A stretch of DNA of 64,000 nucleotides from Octopus sinensis (Eukaryota): NCBI RefSeq assembly GCF_006345805.1, contig NC_042999.1, forward strand, positions 3,720,001-3,784,000. The letters are read 5' to 3'. The position numbers and the translations under genes are program-made. The notes under the pieces were generated by a model. The model was not told where the DNA came from. It did no database searches and worked only from the letters and a program-made list of their open reading frames with translations. This document shows, one piece after another, positions 13,320-23,324 of this stretch (position 1 is its first letter; each line of letters begins with the position of its first letter).

Positions 13320-14230
13320 CATACAACAAGCTTCCACACAATTTCTATCTACCAAATTCACTCAAGGCATTGATCAGCCCAGGGCTATAGTAGAAGACAC
13401 TTGTCCAAGATATCACACAGTCTGACAACCCGAAACTACATGGTTGCAAAGTTGGCTTCTTAACCACACAGCCATGTCTGAAAACTTTTTGAAAAATTGA
13501 ATCCTAAATTTTTCACTATTAATTCTAAATAACATTTTGATATTAAAATTTAATCAAGAAACATAACATTGTTAATAAAATGTTTTAATAAATTGTAAAA
13601 ATGGGAAGCCCTAATAAAATTGTAGGCTTGTTACATGAATTATCAAATATTTGCAGAATAAACATTTCTCTGTATTTATCAATGGTTACTAATATACATA
13701 AACTGAAGCCAAAGAAGAGAAGTTGTGCAAACCAGAACATAGAATCTGTAAGAATAATTTAGAGACAGAAAAGACAAATAAATGAAGAATTTACATCAAA
13801 GAGAGCAATGTCTTAATTCTACCTATTCTTTCTAAGGCAGTGTTTGAAGAATGAAGGCGCCATGGAGATATTATCCTATTCGTAATACAATGCTGCTTCA
13901 TAAGTTTCTTCATTATCAGCGAGAAAATAATTTAATGAACATTGTTAAATTATTTTTCACACACACACACACACAAAGTCTGAGAAAGTTTCAGCTTTTA
14001 TCGATCTCCTTTTTACACTTTGATAGACTTTTGTGGTTTTTGGTGTTTTGGTTTTTTTTCGTTAGATAATTGTTCTTAGGGTGTATGTGAATTGTCATGC
14101 ATAGTGTCTTGAGCAGTGTTGATGGCTTGATTAGTTAAATAAATCACAGACACAAGTCAGTTTCCACTTAACGGTTAAATAATTCAGTTTACCAAATGAA
14201 AAACAAGTAAATATATATATATATATATAT

Positions 14231-14645
14231 ATACTAGCAGCTAAGCCTGGTTTCACCCGGTCTGTTCGGATGATGTGGCTGTGATCATTTTCGGTTAGGC
14301 ATAATCTATAACAGCATTTCTCAACCATATCATTTTGGGTCCCCTGTTTCAATTGGAGCCTCCAGCTGTACGAAAATTTCCTGATCGCACCCCGTCAGAA
14401 AATAGCTTCTAAGCAACTGGTTGTTTTAATGATGGAAGAAAGAGGGGAATTCCATTAGAAAAAGTTTTAATCGATTTTCTTGGTAAATATGGGGGTTAGG
14501 AAAAAAATACAAACCGCATTCCAATCTATGCACCCGTCTCCACATGTGTGCCATTTTTCATGCGAATCCACCCAGCTGTTTGGCTGTGAACCTCAAGACA
14601 AGAAAGAATACGATTGCCCATGTCCAAATTATATTATAGATAATA
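14231..14645. mobile_element. possible non-autonomous Helitron-like repeat
   Basis: Starts tactagcagctaagcctggtttcacccgg after (TA)n and ends tattatagat; resembles Lep1/HINE-type termini only loosely. Confidence 0.25.
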
Positions 14646-15115
14646 GAAATATGTTTCAAAAAGAAAATAGAAGCTACACGTGGAAATGATATGGGAAAAG
14701 TAAAAAGAATAAAAGTGAAAATTCACATTGAATATAAAAAAATAAAGGCTTTTTATGAAGAGTAGTGATAAATAAATACTATTAGTTGAACTGAGGTAGA
14801 ATTAAGAGGAATTAAATTCATTATTTTGAAGTGTTAAAGAGATTCAAAGTCAAACCAGTATTGTCATTGCTGTTCACTGGCTAGAGGTTAAAATAGCCTT
14901 ATTAAGGGATAAAAATATCCAATGAATTACTGGTTCATTGTCTGTTATTTTTTTTTTATACGAATAGCAATAGTCATAAAATAATAGGTTTAAGTATAAA
15001 TTTTGGTTTATAAATATTCAAACTGAAATTCAGTAAATGGAGATGTAGCATTAATATAATTTATTAACTGCAAAACTAACCTAATAAAAATAATCTAATG
15101 GTATGTCTTTTCTAC

Positions 15116-15197
15116 TTCTCTGATGAGACTTTGCCCATTTACAATGACTTAATTACTGAATTTAATTCTTTGGGCAAAATCGAAACAGCTGTAAGAG
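15116..15197 (+). ncRNA. type I hammerhead ribozyme with long stem II
   Basis: UUCU-CUGAUGA(15120-26)-GACUUUGCCCA...UGGGCAAAAUC-GAAA(15182-85)-CAGCUG-UA/AGAG; palindromic stem III ACAGCUGU; predicted cleavage after 15193. Confidence 0.8.
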
Positions 15198-15248
15198 AAT
15201 ATGTTGAATTTTTGCAGTTAATAAATTATATTAATTTTCTAAATTTTA

Positions 15249-15279
<31 letters not shown>

Positions 15280-15401
15280 ACAATTTAGGAGTGACCCCAA
15301 CAGGTCACTCGTCCACCAGAAAGAGCAGCCATAACTCACACCGCCAAGTAGTAGTAATTCAGAAATTAGGTGAAAATTTAAAAACATTTACCCTAATTCA
15401 T

Positions 15402-15501
15402 CTTTTAGACGTTGCAACGTTTCTGTGTCATTTATGATTAAATTAGCTTAATTAAATTAAATTAAGCTAATCTACCATAGGTTACACTTCATCAGTAAAA
15501 A
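15402..15501 (-). ncRNA. type I hammerhead ribozyme (inverted unit)
   Basis: Reverse complement of the motif in the forward units; tcatcag at 15489-95. Confidence 0.7.
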
Positions 15502-15976
15502 ACCTGGGAGAGACAAATATACACGAGGCGTCCGTATCGATGCCTACGGGATATCTGACTTAAAATTTTCAAGACTGACGTATTCGCGCCAAACTTATCA
15601 GCAGTAAATATAAACTGCCGATTCAATCTCAGAATTATTCAGAAAATTATCAATTAGTCAATTTAGGGTAGCAAAAAAAATTCAATAGAAATTTATCGCT
15701 ACCAGCGGCCTGGTGGAAAAGAGAAAATAGTCATCGACTAAATATATAAATATATACCTAAATACCAGGCCGCTGGTAGCGATAAATTTCTATTGAATTT
15801 TTTTTGCTACCCTAAATTGACTAATTGATAATTTTCTGAATAATTCTGAGATTGAATCGGCAGTTTATATTTACTGCTGATAAGTTTGGCGCGAATACGT
15901 CAGTCTTGAAAATTTTAAGTCAGATATCCCGTAGGCATCGATACAGACGCCTCGTGTATATTTGTCTCTCCCAGGT

Positions 15977-16075
15977 TTTTTACTGATGAAGTGTAACCTA
16001 TGGTAGATTAGCTTAATTTAATTAATTAAGCTAATTTAATCATAAATGACACAGAAACGTTGCAACGTCTAAAAG
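15977..16075 (+). ncRNA. type I hammerhead ribozyme (unit 1)
   Basis: UUUUUA-CUGAUGA(15983-89)-long stem II-GAAA(16054-57)-CGUUGCAACG-UC/UAAAAG; predicted cleavage after 16069. Confidence 0.75.
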
Positions 16076-16450
16076 ATGAATTAGGGTAAATGTTTTTAAA
16101 TTTTCACCTAATTTCTGAATTACTACTACTTGGCGGTGTGAGTTATGGCTGCTCTTTCTGGTGGACGAGTGACCTGTTGGGGTCACTCCTAAATTGTTAT
16201 ATTTATATATTTAGTCGATGACTATTTTCTCTTTTCCACCAGGCCGCTGGTAGCGATAAATTTCTATTGAATTTTTTTTGCTACCCTAAATTGACTAATT
16301 GATAATTTTCTGAATAATTCTGAGATTGAATCGGCAGTTTATATTTACTGCTGATAAGTTTGGCGCGAATACGTCAGTCTTGAAAATTTTAAGTCAGATA
16401 TCCCGTAGGCATCGATACAGACGCCTCGTGTATATTTGTCTCTCCCAGGT

Positions 16451-16550
16451 TTTTTACTGATGAAGTGTAACCTATGGTAGATTAGCTTAATTTAATTTAA
16501 TTAAGCTAATTTAATCATAAATGACACAGAAACGTTGCAACGTCTAAAAG
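16451..16550 (+). ncRNA. type I hammerhead ribozyme (unit 2)
   Basis: CUGAUGA 16457-63, GAAA 16529-32, GUC 16542-44. Confidence 0.75.
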
Positions 16551-16923
16551 ATGAATTAGGGTAAATGTTTTTAAATTTTCACCTAATTTCTGAATTACTA
16601 CTACTGGCGGTGTGAGTTATGGCTGCTCTTTCTGGTGGACGAGTGACCTGTTGGGGTCACTCCTAAATTGTTATATTTATATATTTAGTCGATGACTATT
16701 TTCTCTTTTCCACCAGGCCGCTGGTAGCGATAAATTTCTATTGAATTTTTTTGCTACCCTAAATTGACTAATTGATAATTTTCTGAATAATTCTGAGATT
16801 GAATCGGCAGTTTATATTTACTGCTGATAAGTTTGGCGCGAATACGTCAGTCTTGAAAATTTTAAGTCAGATATCCCGTAGGCATCGATACAGACGCCTC
16901 GTGTATATTTGTCTCTCCCAGGT

Positions 16924-17023
16924 TTTTTACTGATGAAGTGTAACCTATGGTAGATTAGCTTAATTTAATTTAATTAAGCTAATTTAATCATAAATGACAC
17001 AGAAACGTTGCAACGTCTAAAAG
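16924..17023 (+). ncRNA. type I hammerhead ribozyme (unit 3)
   Basis: CUGAUGA 16930-36, GAAA 17002-05, GUC 17015-17. Confidence 0.75.
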
Positions 17024-17263
17024 ATGAATTAGGGTAAATGTTTTTAAATTTTCACCTAATTTCTGAATTACTACTACTGGCGGTGTGAGTTATGGCTGCT
17101 CTTCTGGTGGACGAGTGACCTGTTGGGGTCACTCCTAAATTGTTATATTTTATATTTAGTCGATGACTACTTTCTCTTTTCCACCAGGCCGCTGGTAGCG
17201 ATAAATTTCTATTGAATTTTTTTTGCTACCCTAAATTGACTATATATATATATATATATATAT

Positions 17264-17660
17264 AGGCGCAGGAGTGGCTGTGTGGTAAGTAGCTTGCATA
17301 CCAACCACATGGTTCCGGGTTCAGTCCCACTGCTTGGCACCTTGGGCAAGTGTCTTCTACTATAGCCTCGGGCCGACCAAAGCCTTGTGAGTAGATTTGG
17401 TAGATGGAAACTGAAAGAAGCCTGTCGTATATATGTATATATATATGTATGTGTGTGTTTGTGTGTCTGTGTTTGTCCCCCTAGCATTGCTTGACAACAG
17501 ATGCTGGTGTATTTATGTCCCCGTTACTTAGCATTTCGGCAAAAGAGACCGATAGAATAAGTACTGGGCTTACAAAAGAATAAGTCCCGGGGTTGAGTTG
17601 CTTGACTAAAGGCGGTGCTCCAGCATGGCCACAGTCAAATGACTGAAACAAGTAAAAGAG
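17264..17660 (+). mobile_element. SINE family A
   Basis: Full-length copy directly after the (TA)n ending the array. Confidence 0.85.
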
Positions 17661-17719
17661 TAATATAGGATTTTGCTCCCAATTTTGGAATTGACAGCTA
17701 TACTAATCCTTGAACTGGA

Positions 17720-17975
17720 TGGCACTACATCATACCAAAGATACTATCTTCCCCATCTAAAACAAGGACACAGTACTGCAATAGTCTGGGTTTCAAGGGC
17801 CTGTAATTGTTCAACATCCTTCCAGGCAACCTTAGAGATCTACATGGTGTTGATGTGGAAGTTTACAAGGAATGTCTGTACAGGTTTCTATCTGAGATTC
17901 CAGATGAACCCACATCACGGCAGGAGATGTAAAGAAGAGCAGGTCTGACCAACTCACTTCACCAAAAACAATTCT
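17720..17975 (+). mobile_element. CR1/L2-group LINE 3' fragment, decayed
   Basis: Reads ..CNSLGFKGL*LFNILPGNLRDLHGVDVEVYKECLYRFLSEIPDEP..RA..NSL. Confidence 0.5.
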
Positions 17976-18873
17976 GTGCTAACAATTCTGCCAGCGCGCC
18001 GCCCTTGTTAAAATAATAACTTTGAGAAATACATAGTATCTTAACATCATATAATTTATCTAACTTGCAAACATGAGAACTGATGCACCATCAAAACAAA
18101 AAATAATTAAATCCATAAATTTGTAGGTTTTAGTGATGCAAGAAACTGAGTGTGGAGACAAGTATTGTTACTTTTACTTCACAGAAGACAATTTTACCAT
18201 TTGTTACAAAGAACAACTCCATACCTTTTACCAGTTAATGTGAATTTCTGTAGCACTTCTATATTATCTCATTACAAATTTATAGCTTCACCATTTACTT
18301 GAATTAAACACAATGATATCTGTATTCGTTTTAATTACGAAATTTTGACTTGCAAAATACCATTAAATTTTGTTTTATATAAGACCCATGACCTGTTTAT
18401 TATCAGAAATATCAAATCAAATTCCTCACCTATTCTATCTCTGTCGGAGAGAGCGAGACAGAGAGAGTCAAACTGACAGACACTCAGACACACACAGAAC
18501 AAGAAATAAAAATAAAGTTGTAAGAAATTACAAGCTTAATTAATTATTTTTTCCTTAATTCGTTCTTAGATTTGCAAATATCATAGAAAAGCAGAATAGA
18601 ACAATTTTTTTCCAACAATATCTCCGGTAAAATCTTTAATAAAATGAAATCTTCCAAATTCTTAAGACATTAAGTCACTTGTTTGTTGTTTATTGCTGGT
18701 AGGTGCGATATGGTCTAAGGTTAAACAGACATTGTTGTGACAGCAAATCCCAGGTTTCATCCATCTCAGGAAATGTCATTTGTTATAGGTCAAGAGTCTA
18801 TATCTTGTAAATGAAATTAGACAGACAGAAACTCCTATATATGCAAATGTATAAGGTGTGCTTTTTTTTTTTA

Positions 18874-18980
18874 GGGCAAGTGTCTTCTACTATAGCCTCG
18901 GGCCGACCAAAGCCTTGTGAGTGGATTTGGTAGACAGAAACTGAAAGAAGCCCGTCGTATATATATATATATATATATAT
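18874..18980 (+). mobile_element. SINE A 5' part (split by PLE insertions)
   Basis: gggcaagtgtcttc...gaagcccgtcg(TA)n; a SINE A 3' part resumes at 22832. Confidence 0.7.
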
Positions 18981-18984
18981 AGGT

Positions 18985-19715
18985 AAACAGTAAAAATAAT
19001 TACAGACATGGACAAGAACATGAAACACCACAGAGACGACACAAGAACCACAGGACGGGACATTCGAAGCCCTCAGTCATCAGTCAAGAACCAGATCATC
19101 TTAGCAATTTCGGCTGATTAATCTTGAGATTGCTCCGATATGGCCAGCCCGCCAAGGGAAATCTAAGCCAAGCGCATTAGATCCCCTGGAAGAAAGCTTC
19201 GAATGTATACAACGCGAGGACGGAAAACGAACGAAGTACATAAACAAAAATACAGAATACGTGACACCAATAAGAATACAAAAACGTAAAAACAATAACG
19301 GTAAAAATAAAAATAAAAAATAAACAACAAAACAAAACCAGGACGTAGGACAAGGGTCTTTCGACAGGACGAGTTGAGTATGGGGCTGGCTTGTGAAGTT
19401 GTGCCTAATGGCCACGGGGAGACGAACAAATACGTGTTGCTTCTGCGGCTGCTGAAAACGAAAAGAGCGCTCAACAGCGGCTAGCTGTCACGTGAGAACA
19501 GAAGACAGGAGAAAGGGACAGATGAAAAGAGAGAGAAGGTGGACGAGGGAGGAGAAGAAAGAGACAGATCGAGGGGGCTGGAGGTGAGAGAGATAGAGAA
19601 ACGTAGAAGGGGGGGGGAGACGGATGGAGAGGGAAAGAAAGGAAGGGGAATAAGGGAGGAGAGAGAGAGAGAAAAAGAGACAGATTAAGAGTCGTATCAA
19701 TGCTAGAGAAAAAAA
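18985..19715 (-). mobile_element. PLE-like 3'/pLTR fragment (second family)
   Basis: Shares ~250 bp with 49600-49910; carries the permuted hammerhead motif; bounded by (TA)n. PLE origin is inferred. Confidence 0.5.
19068..19134 (-). ncRNA. candidate non-circularly permuted hammerhead ribozyme
   Basis: AGCA-AUC/UCAAGA..AGCC-GAAA-UUGCU..UCUUGA-CUGAUGA-cugag-GGCU; stems I and III perfect; 5-nt insert before stem II. Confidence 0.55.
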
Positions 19716-19782
19716 TATATATATATATATATGAAAAAACAAGTCAAAAATAGAAAATGCTAAGATGATTTTATAGTGAATC

Positions 19783-19826
19783 TTTCAGTACCGGTTTCGG
19801 TCATTTTGAGACCTTTTCAACTGTAA
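19783..19826 (-). ncRNA. minimal type I hammerhead (U3-A8 variant), inverted arm
   Basis: Reverse complement of 22503-22546. Confidence 0.6.
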
Positions 19827-20597
19827 CGATTAAATAATTAAATTTAGAAAAATTTAGAAAAATTAGAAGAAAGGTTTTTTTAAAGGAATACTTCCATAGT
19901 AGTGTTCAGATATAGGTGGCATTCTGCCTTCTCTGACTCCCTTGTTTGCACTTGTGTATTCGAGGTCGTTGTGAGTTCTTGAGGGGGTGGGAGTGGGAAA
20001 ATCTGGGCTGGTCAGTGGCGACCGGCAGTCGCTGCGTAGGCGTTATACTTAAAGACATTAGTGACAAGGTTAAGGGGTAGAAGGTGGAGAAGTAGAAGAA
20101 GAAGAAGAAGATGACGGTGCCGATGATGATGACGATGAAGAAGAAGAAGGAGAAGGAGAAGATGACGATGATGATGGTGGTGATGACGATGACGACGATG
20201 ATAATGATAATGATGATGATGAAGAAGAAGAAGAAGAGGAAGAAGAAGAAAAAAAACAGAAGGGAGAATATGAATGGGTGAAGATATAGCTGTGATGGGG
20301 TGATTAGTAATGGATTCTATGGAATGTAATATTTGTGTGTGTATATATATTTCTTTTATTCTTAAGTTGAGGTATATTAATTGTTTGTCATAGACCCGTT
20401 AAGAAGTGGCCTGTATTTTATAATAAAGAGATTTTCTTTACTTATTCATTGTCTTGAGGTTGTATCGTCCCTAAATTGGTAGAGGGGGAAAATTCTGAAG
20501 TTTGGTGTTTTTTTGTTGGCGCAAGTATCTATGTGTTGGGTAAAAGCTATTTTTCTGTTTTGGGGAATTTTTATCTGGGATCTGTGCAGGGCCATTC

Positions 20598-21952
20598 CAA
20601 TTCTAGAGGCAATCCAATTCTGGCTAGAGAATCACGCCAACGAACTACAACACCGCATCAAAAAAGAATTCGTGATAGAAGGGGTTAAATTCATCCTGGA
20701 AAATAACTTCTTCGCCTTCAATGACAACTTCTACCAACAAAAATCGGGGACTGCGATGGGTACACGAATGGCCCCCTCCTTTGCCAACCTAGTCATAGGA
20801 TACCTAGAGATCAGTCTGTATCGTAAGGTTCTAGAAAGATATGGCAGCCCTTTCTCCATCTACATAGAAAACAACTGGAAGAGATATCTAGATGACTGTT
20901 TCATTCTTTGGCATAAAAATATAGAAAAACTCATAGAATTCCAGGAAATTTTAAACGGGCTGGACGTAAACATCCAATTCACGATGGAATATAGCCAGCA
21001 ACAACTTCCCTTCCTCGATATCCTCATTAAGAAAGCTAATAATATAATAGAAACAGACATATACTATAAGCCTACAGACTCTAAGCAATATCTTCCATTC
21101 AATTCATGCCACCCCAGACACACCAGGATGAATATCCCCTTCAATCTAGCAAAAAGGATATGCACTATAGTCTCTAACGCAAACACCAGACACACGACTA
21201 CAAGAACTAAAAGATACCCTTATCACCAGGAACTATCCACCTTCACTTATTGACAAGTGCATTCAACGTGCCCTTCAACTTAACATCAAGGAACTGAGAC
21301 ATCCCAAATCAAAGAAAAACTTACAACCAAAAGCCTTACCATACATCTCCACACACAACCCTTTCAATAACGAAGCCTTCGGCACCATCCTCCACAACAT
21401 ACCCCTCCTAAAAAAAGACCACAGAATGAACACAATCCTCCAAACACACACGATCATAAAAAGCAAAAGACAGCCTAGATCCATGAAAAGTCTCCTAACA
21501 CAAGCCCGAATTCACTCTTCAACACAGAAGCCGACAGTAAAAAAATGTGGAAGACCCAATTGCGGGATATGCGACTATCTAATCGAGGGTTCTGAGTTCT
21601 CCTTCAAACAGGGACAACGGTTTACAGTGAAAAGCAACTTCACATGTGCTTCGGAGAACCTAATATACTCACTAACCTGCTCCGGGTGTCAAGAGCAGTA
21701 CATAGGCCAAACAAAAATGGTTTGCGTAAACGAATGGCCCTGCACAGATCCCAGATAAAAATTCCCCAAAACAGAAAAATAGCTTTTAGCCAACACATAG
21801 ATACTTGCGCCAACAAAAAAACACCAAACTTCAGAATTTTCCCCCTCTACCAATTTAGGGACGATACAACCTCGAGACAACGAATAAGTAAAGAAAATCT
21901 CTTTATTATAAAATACAGGCCACTTCTTAACGGGTCTACGACAAACAATTAA
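20598..21952 (+). pseudogene. PLE reverse transcriptase / GIY-YIG endonuclease, partial, two 1-bp frameshifts
   Basis: GTAMGTRMAPSFANL, WKRYLDDCFILW, FLDILI, TDIYYKPTD..YL.F.SCHP; Cys linker CGRPNCGIC; NLIYSLTCSGCQEQYIGQT; ends KYRPLLN; frameshifts near 21194 and 21718, no internal stops seen. Confidence 0.9.
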
Positions 21953-22502
21953 TATACCTCAACTTAAGAATAAAAGAAATATATATACACACACAAATAT
22001 TACATTCCATAGAATCCATTACTAATCGCCCCATCACAGCTATATCTTCACCCATTCATATTCTCCCTTCTCTGTTTTTTTTCTTCTTCTTCCTCTTCTT
22101 CTTCTTCTTCATCATCATCATTATCATCATCATCGTCGTCATCGTCATCACCACCATCATCATCGTCATCTTCTCCTTCTCCTTCTTCTTCTTCATCGTC
22201 ATCATCATCGGCACCGTCATCTTCTTCTTCTTCTACTTCTCCACCTTCTACCCCTTAACCTTGTCACTAATGTCTTTAAGTATAACGCCTACGCAGCGAC
22301 TGCCGGTCGCCACTGACCAGCCCAGATTTTCCCACTCCCACCCCCTCAAGAACTCACAACGACCTCGAATACACAAGTGCAAACAAGGGAGTCAGAGAAA
22401 GGCAGAATGCCACCTATATCTGAACACTACTATGGAAGTATTCCTTTAAAAAAACCTTTCTTCTAATTTTTCTAAATTTTTCTAAATTTAATTATTTAAT
22501 CG

Positions 22503-22546
22503 TTACAGTTGAAAAGGTCTCAAAATGACCGAAACCGGTACTGAAA
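22503..22546 (+). ncRNA. minimal type I hammerhead (U3-A8 variant) in PLE 3' end
   Basis: UUACAG-UUGAAAA-GGUC-ucaaaau-GACC-GAAA-CCGG-UA/CUGAAA; palindromic stem III ACCGGU. Confidence 0.65.
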
Positions 22547-22630
22547 GATTCACTATAAAATCATCTTAGCATTTTCTTTTTTTGACTTGTTTTTTCATAT
22601 ATATCAACTCGTGTGTTCCTTTCCACCCTT

Positions 22631-22680
<50 letters not shown>

Positions 22681-22831
22681 GCAGTGTGGAAGGTGTTTAT
22701 AAGCCGTTTAAGAAACACACAAAAAACGTTAGATTCACTTCAACATTTAAATTTAATTTGTCAAAATATTTTTGTCGCTTTGAGACCACGACCTGTTCAC
22801 TGACAAAATTCCATGCGCTGCATCCCAGCAT

Positions 22832-23040
22832 GTGTGTATGTGTGTGTGTCTGTTTGTCCCCCCACCATCGCTTGACAACCGATGTTGGTGTGTTCCCATC
22901 CCCATAGCTTGGCGGTTCGGCAAAAGAGACCAATAGAATAAGTACTAGGCTTACAAAGAATAAGTACGGTGGTCGATTTGTTTGACTAAAGGCAGTGCTC
23001 CAGCATGGCTGCAGTCAAATGACTGAACCAAATAAAAGAA
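22832..23040 (+). mobile_element. SINE A 3' part
   Basis: (TG)n-tttgtcccccaccatcgcttgacaacc...aaataaaagaa. Confidence 0.75.
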
Positions 23041-23324
23041 TAAATATATCAAAAAGTTTTCCGGTGGGAAACTGATTTTTGTAGGCAAGGGAACTGGATA
23101 AGCCTAAGTCCACTCAGCATAATAATTAATAAAAATAATAGAATATTAAAAACAAGCCAAAATATCAGAGTTTGTTAGCAGTATCTTTAAAATTGCTTAC
23201 AATGTGTCAGCAGCAGAGAGGTCACATCATCCCATTATACTTCCTTTCCCGAACATACATAACCCAAGTCAGATATGTGCATCTTACATTATTTAGAGAC
23301 TGACTGGAAGGTGATGAGATGGCA

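Larger units (their letters stand above)
15274..17242. repeat. ~474-bp unit: one inverted copy plus 3.1 direct tandem copies (PLE pLTR / retrozyme-like)
   Basis: accaggccgctggtagc recurs at 15764, 16238, 16712, 17183 (periods 474, 474, 471); 15274-15754 is the reverse complement of the unit; (TA)n on both flanks. Confidence 0.95.
19724..22604 (+). mobile_element. Penelope-like element (Neptune-type), 5'-truncated, with inverted copy of its 3' end
   Basis: RT plus GIY-YIG coding 20598-21952; 19724-20597 is the reverse complement of 21732-22604; (TA)n flanks. Confidence 0.95.

Noticed and set aside
15764-17242. Tandem array as CRISPR or rDNA-like repeat
   Set aside because: No short repeat-spacer structure and no rRNA or tRNA similarity; units are ~474 bp and near-identical throughout.
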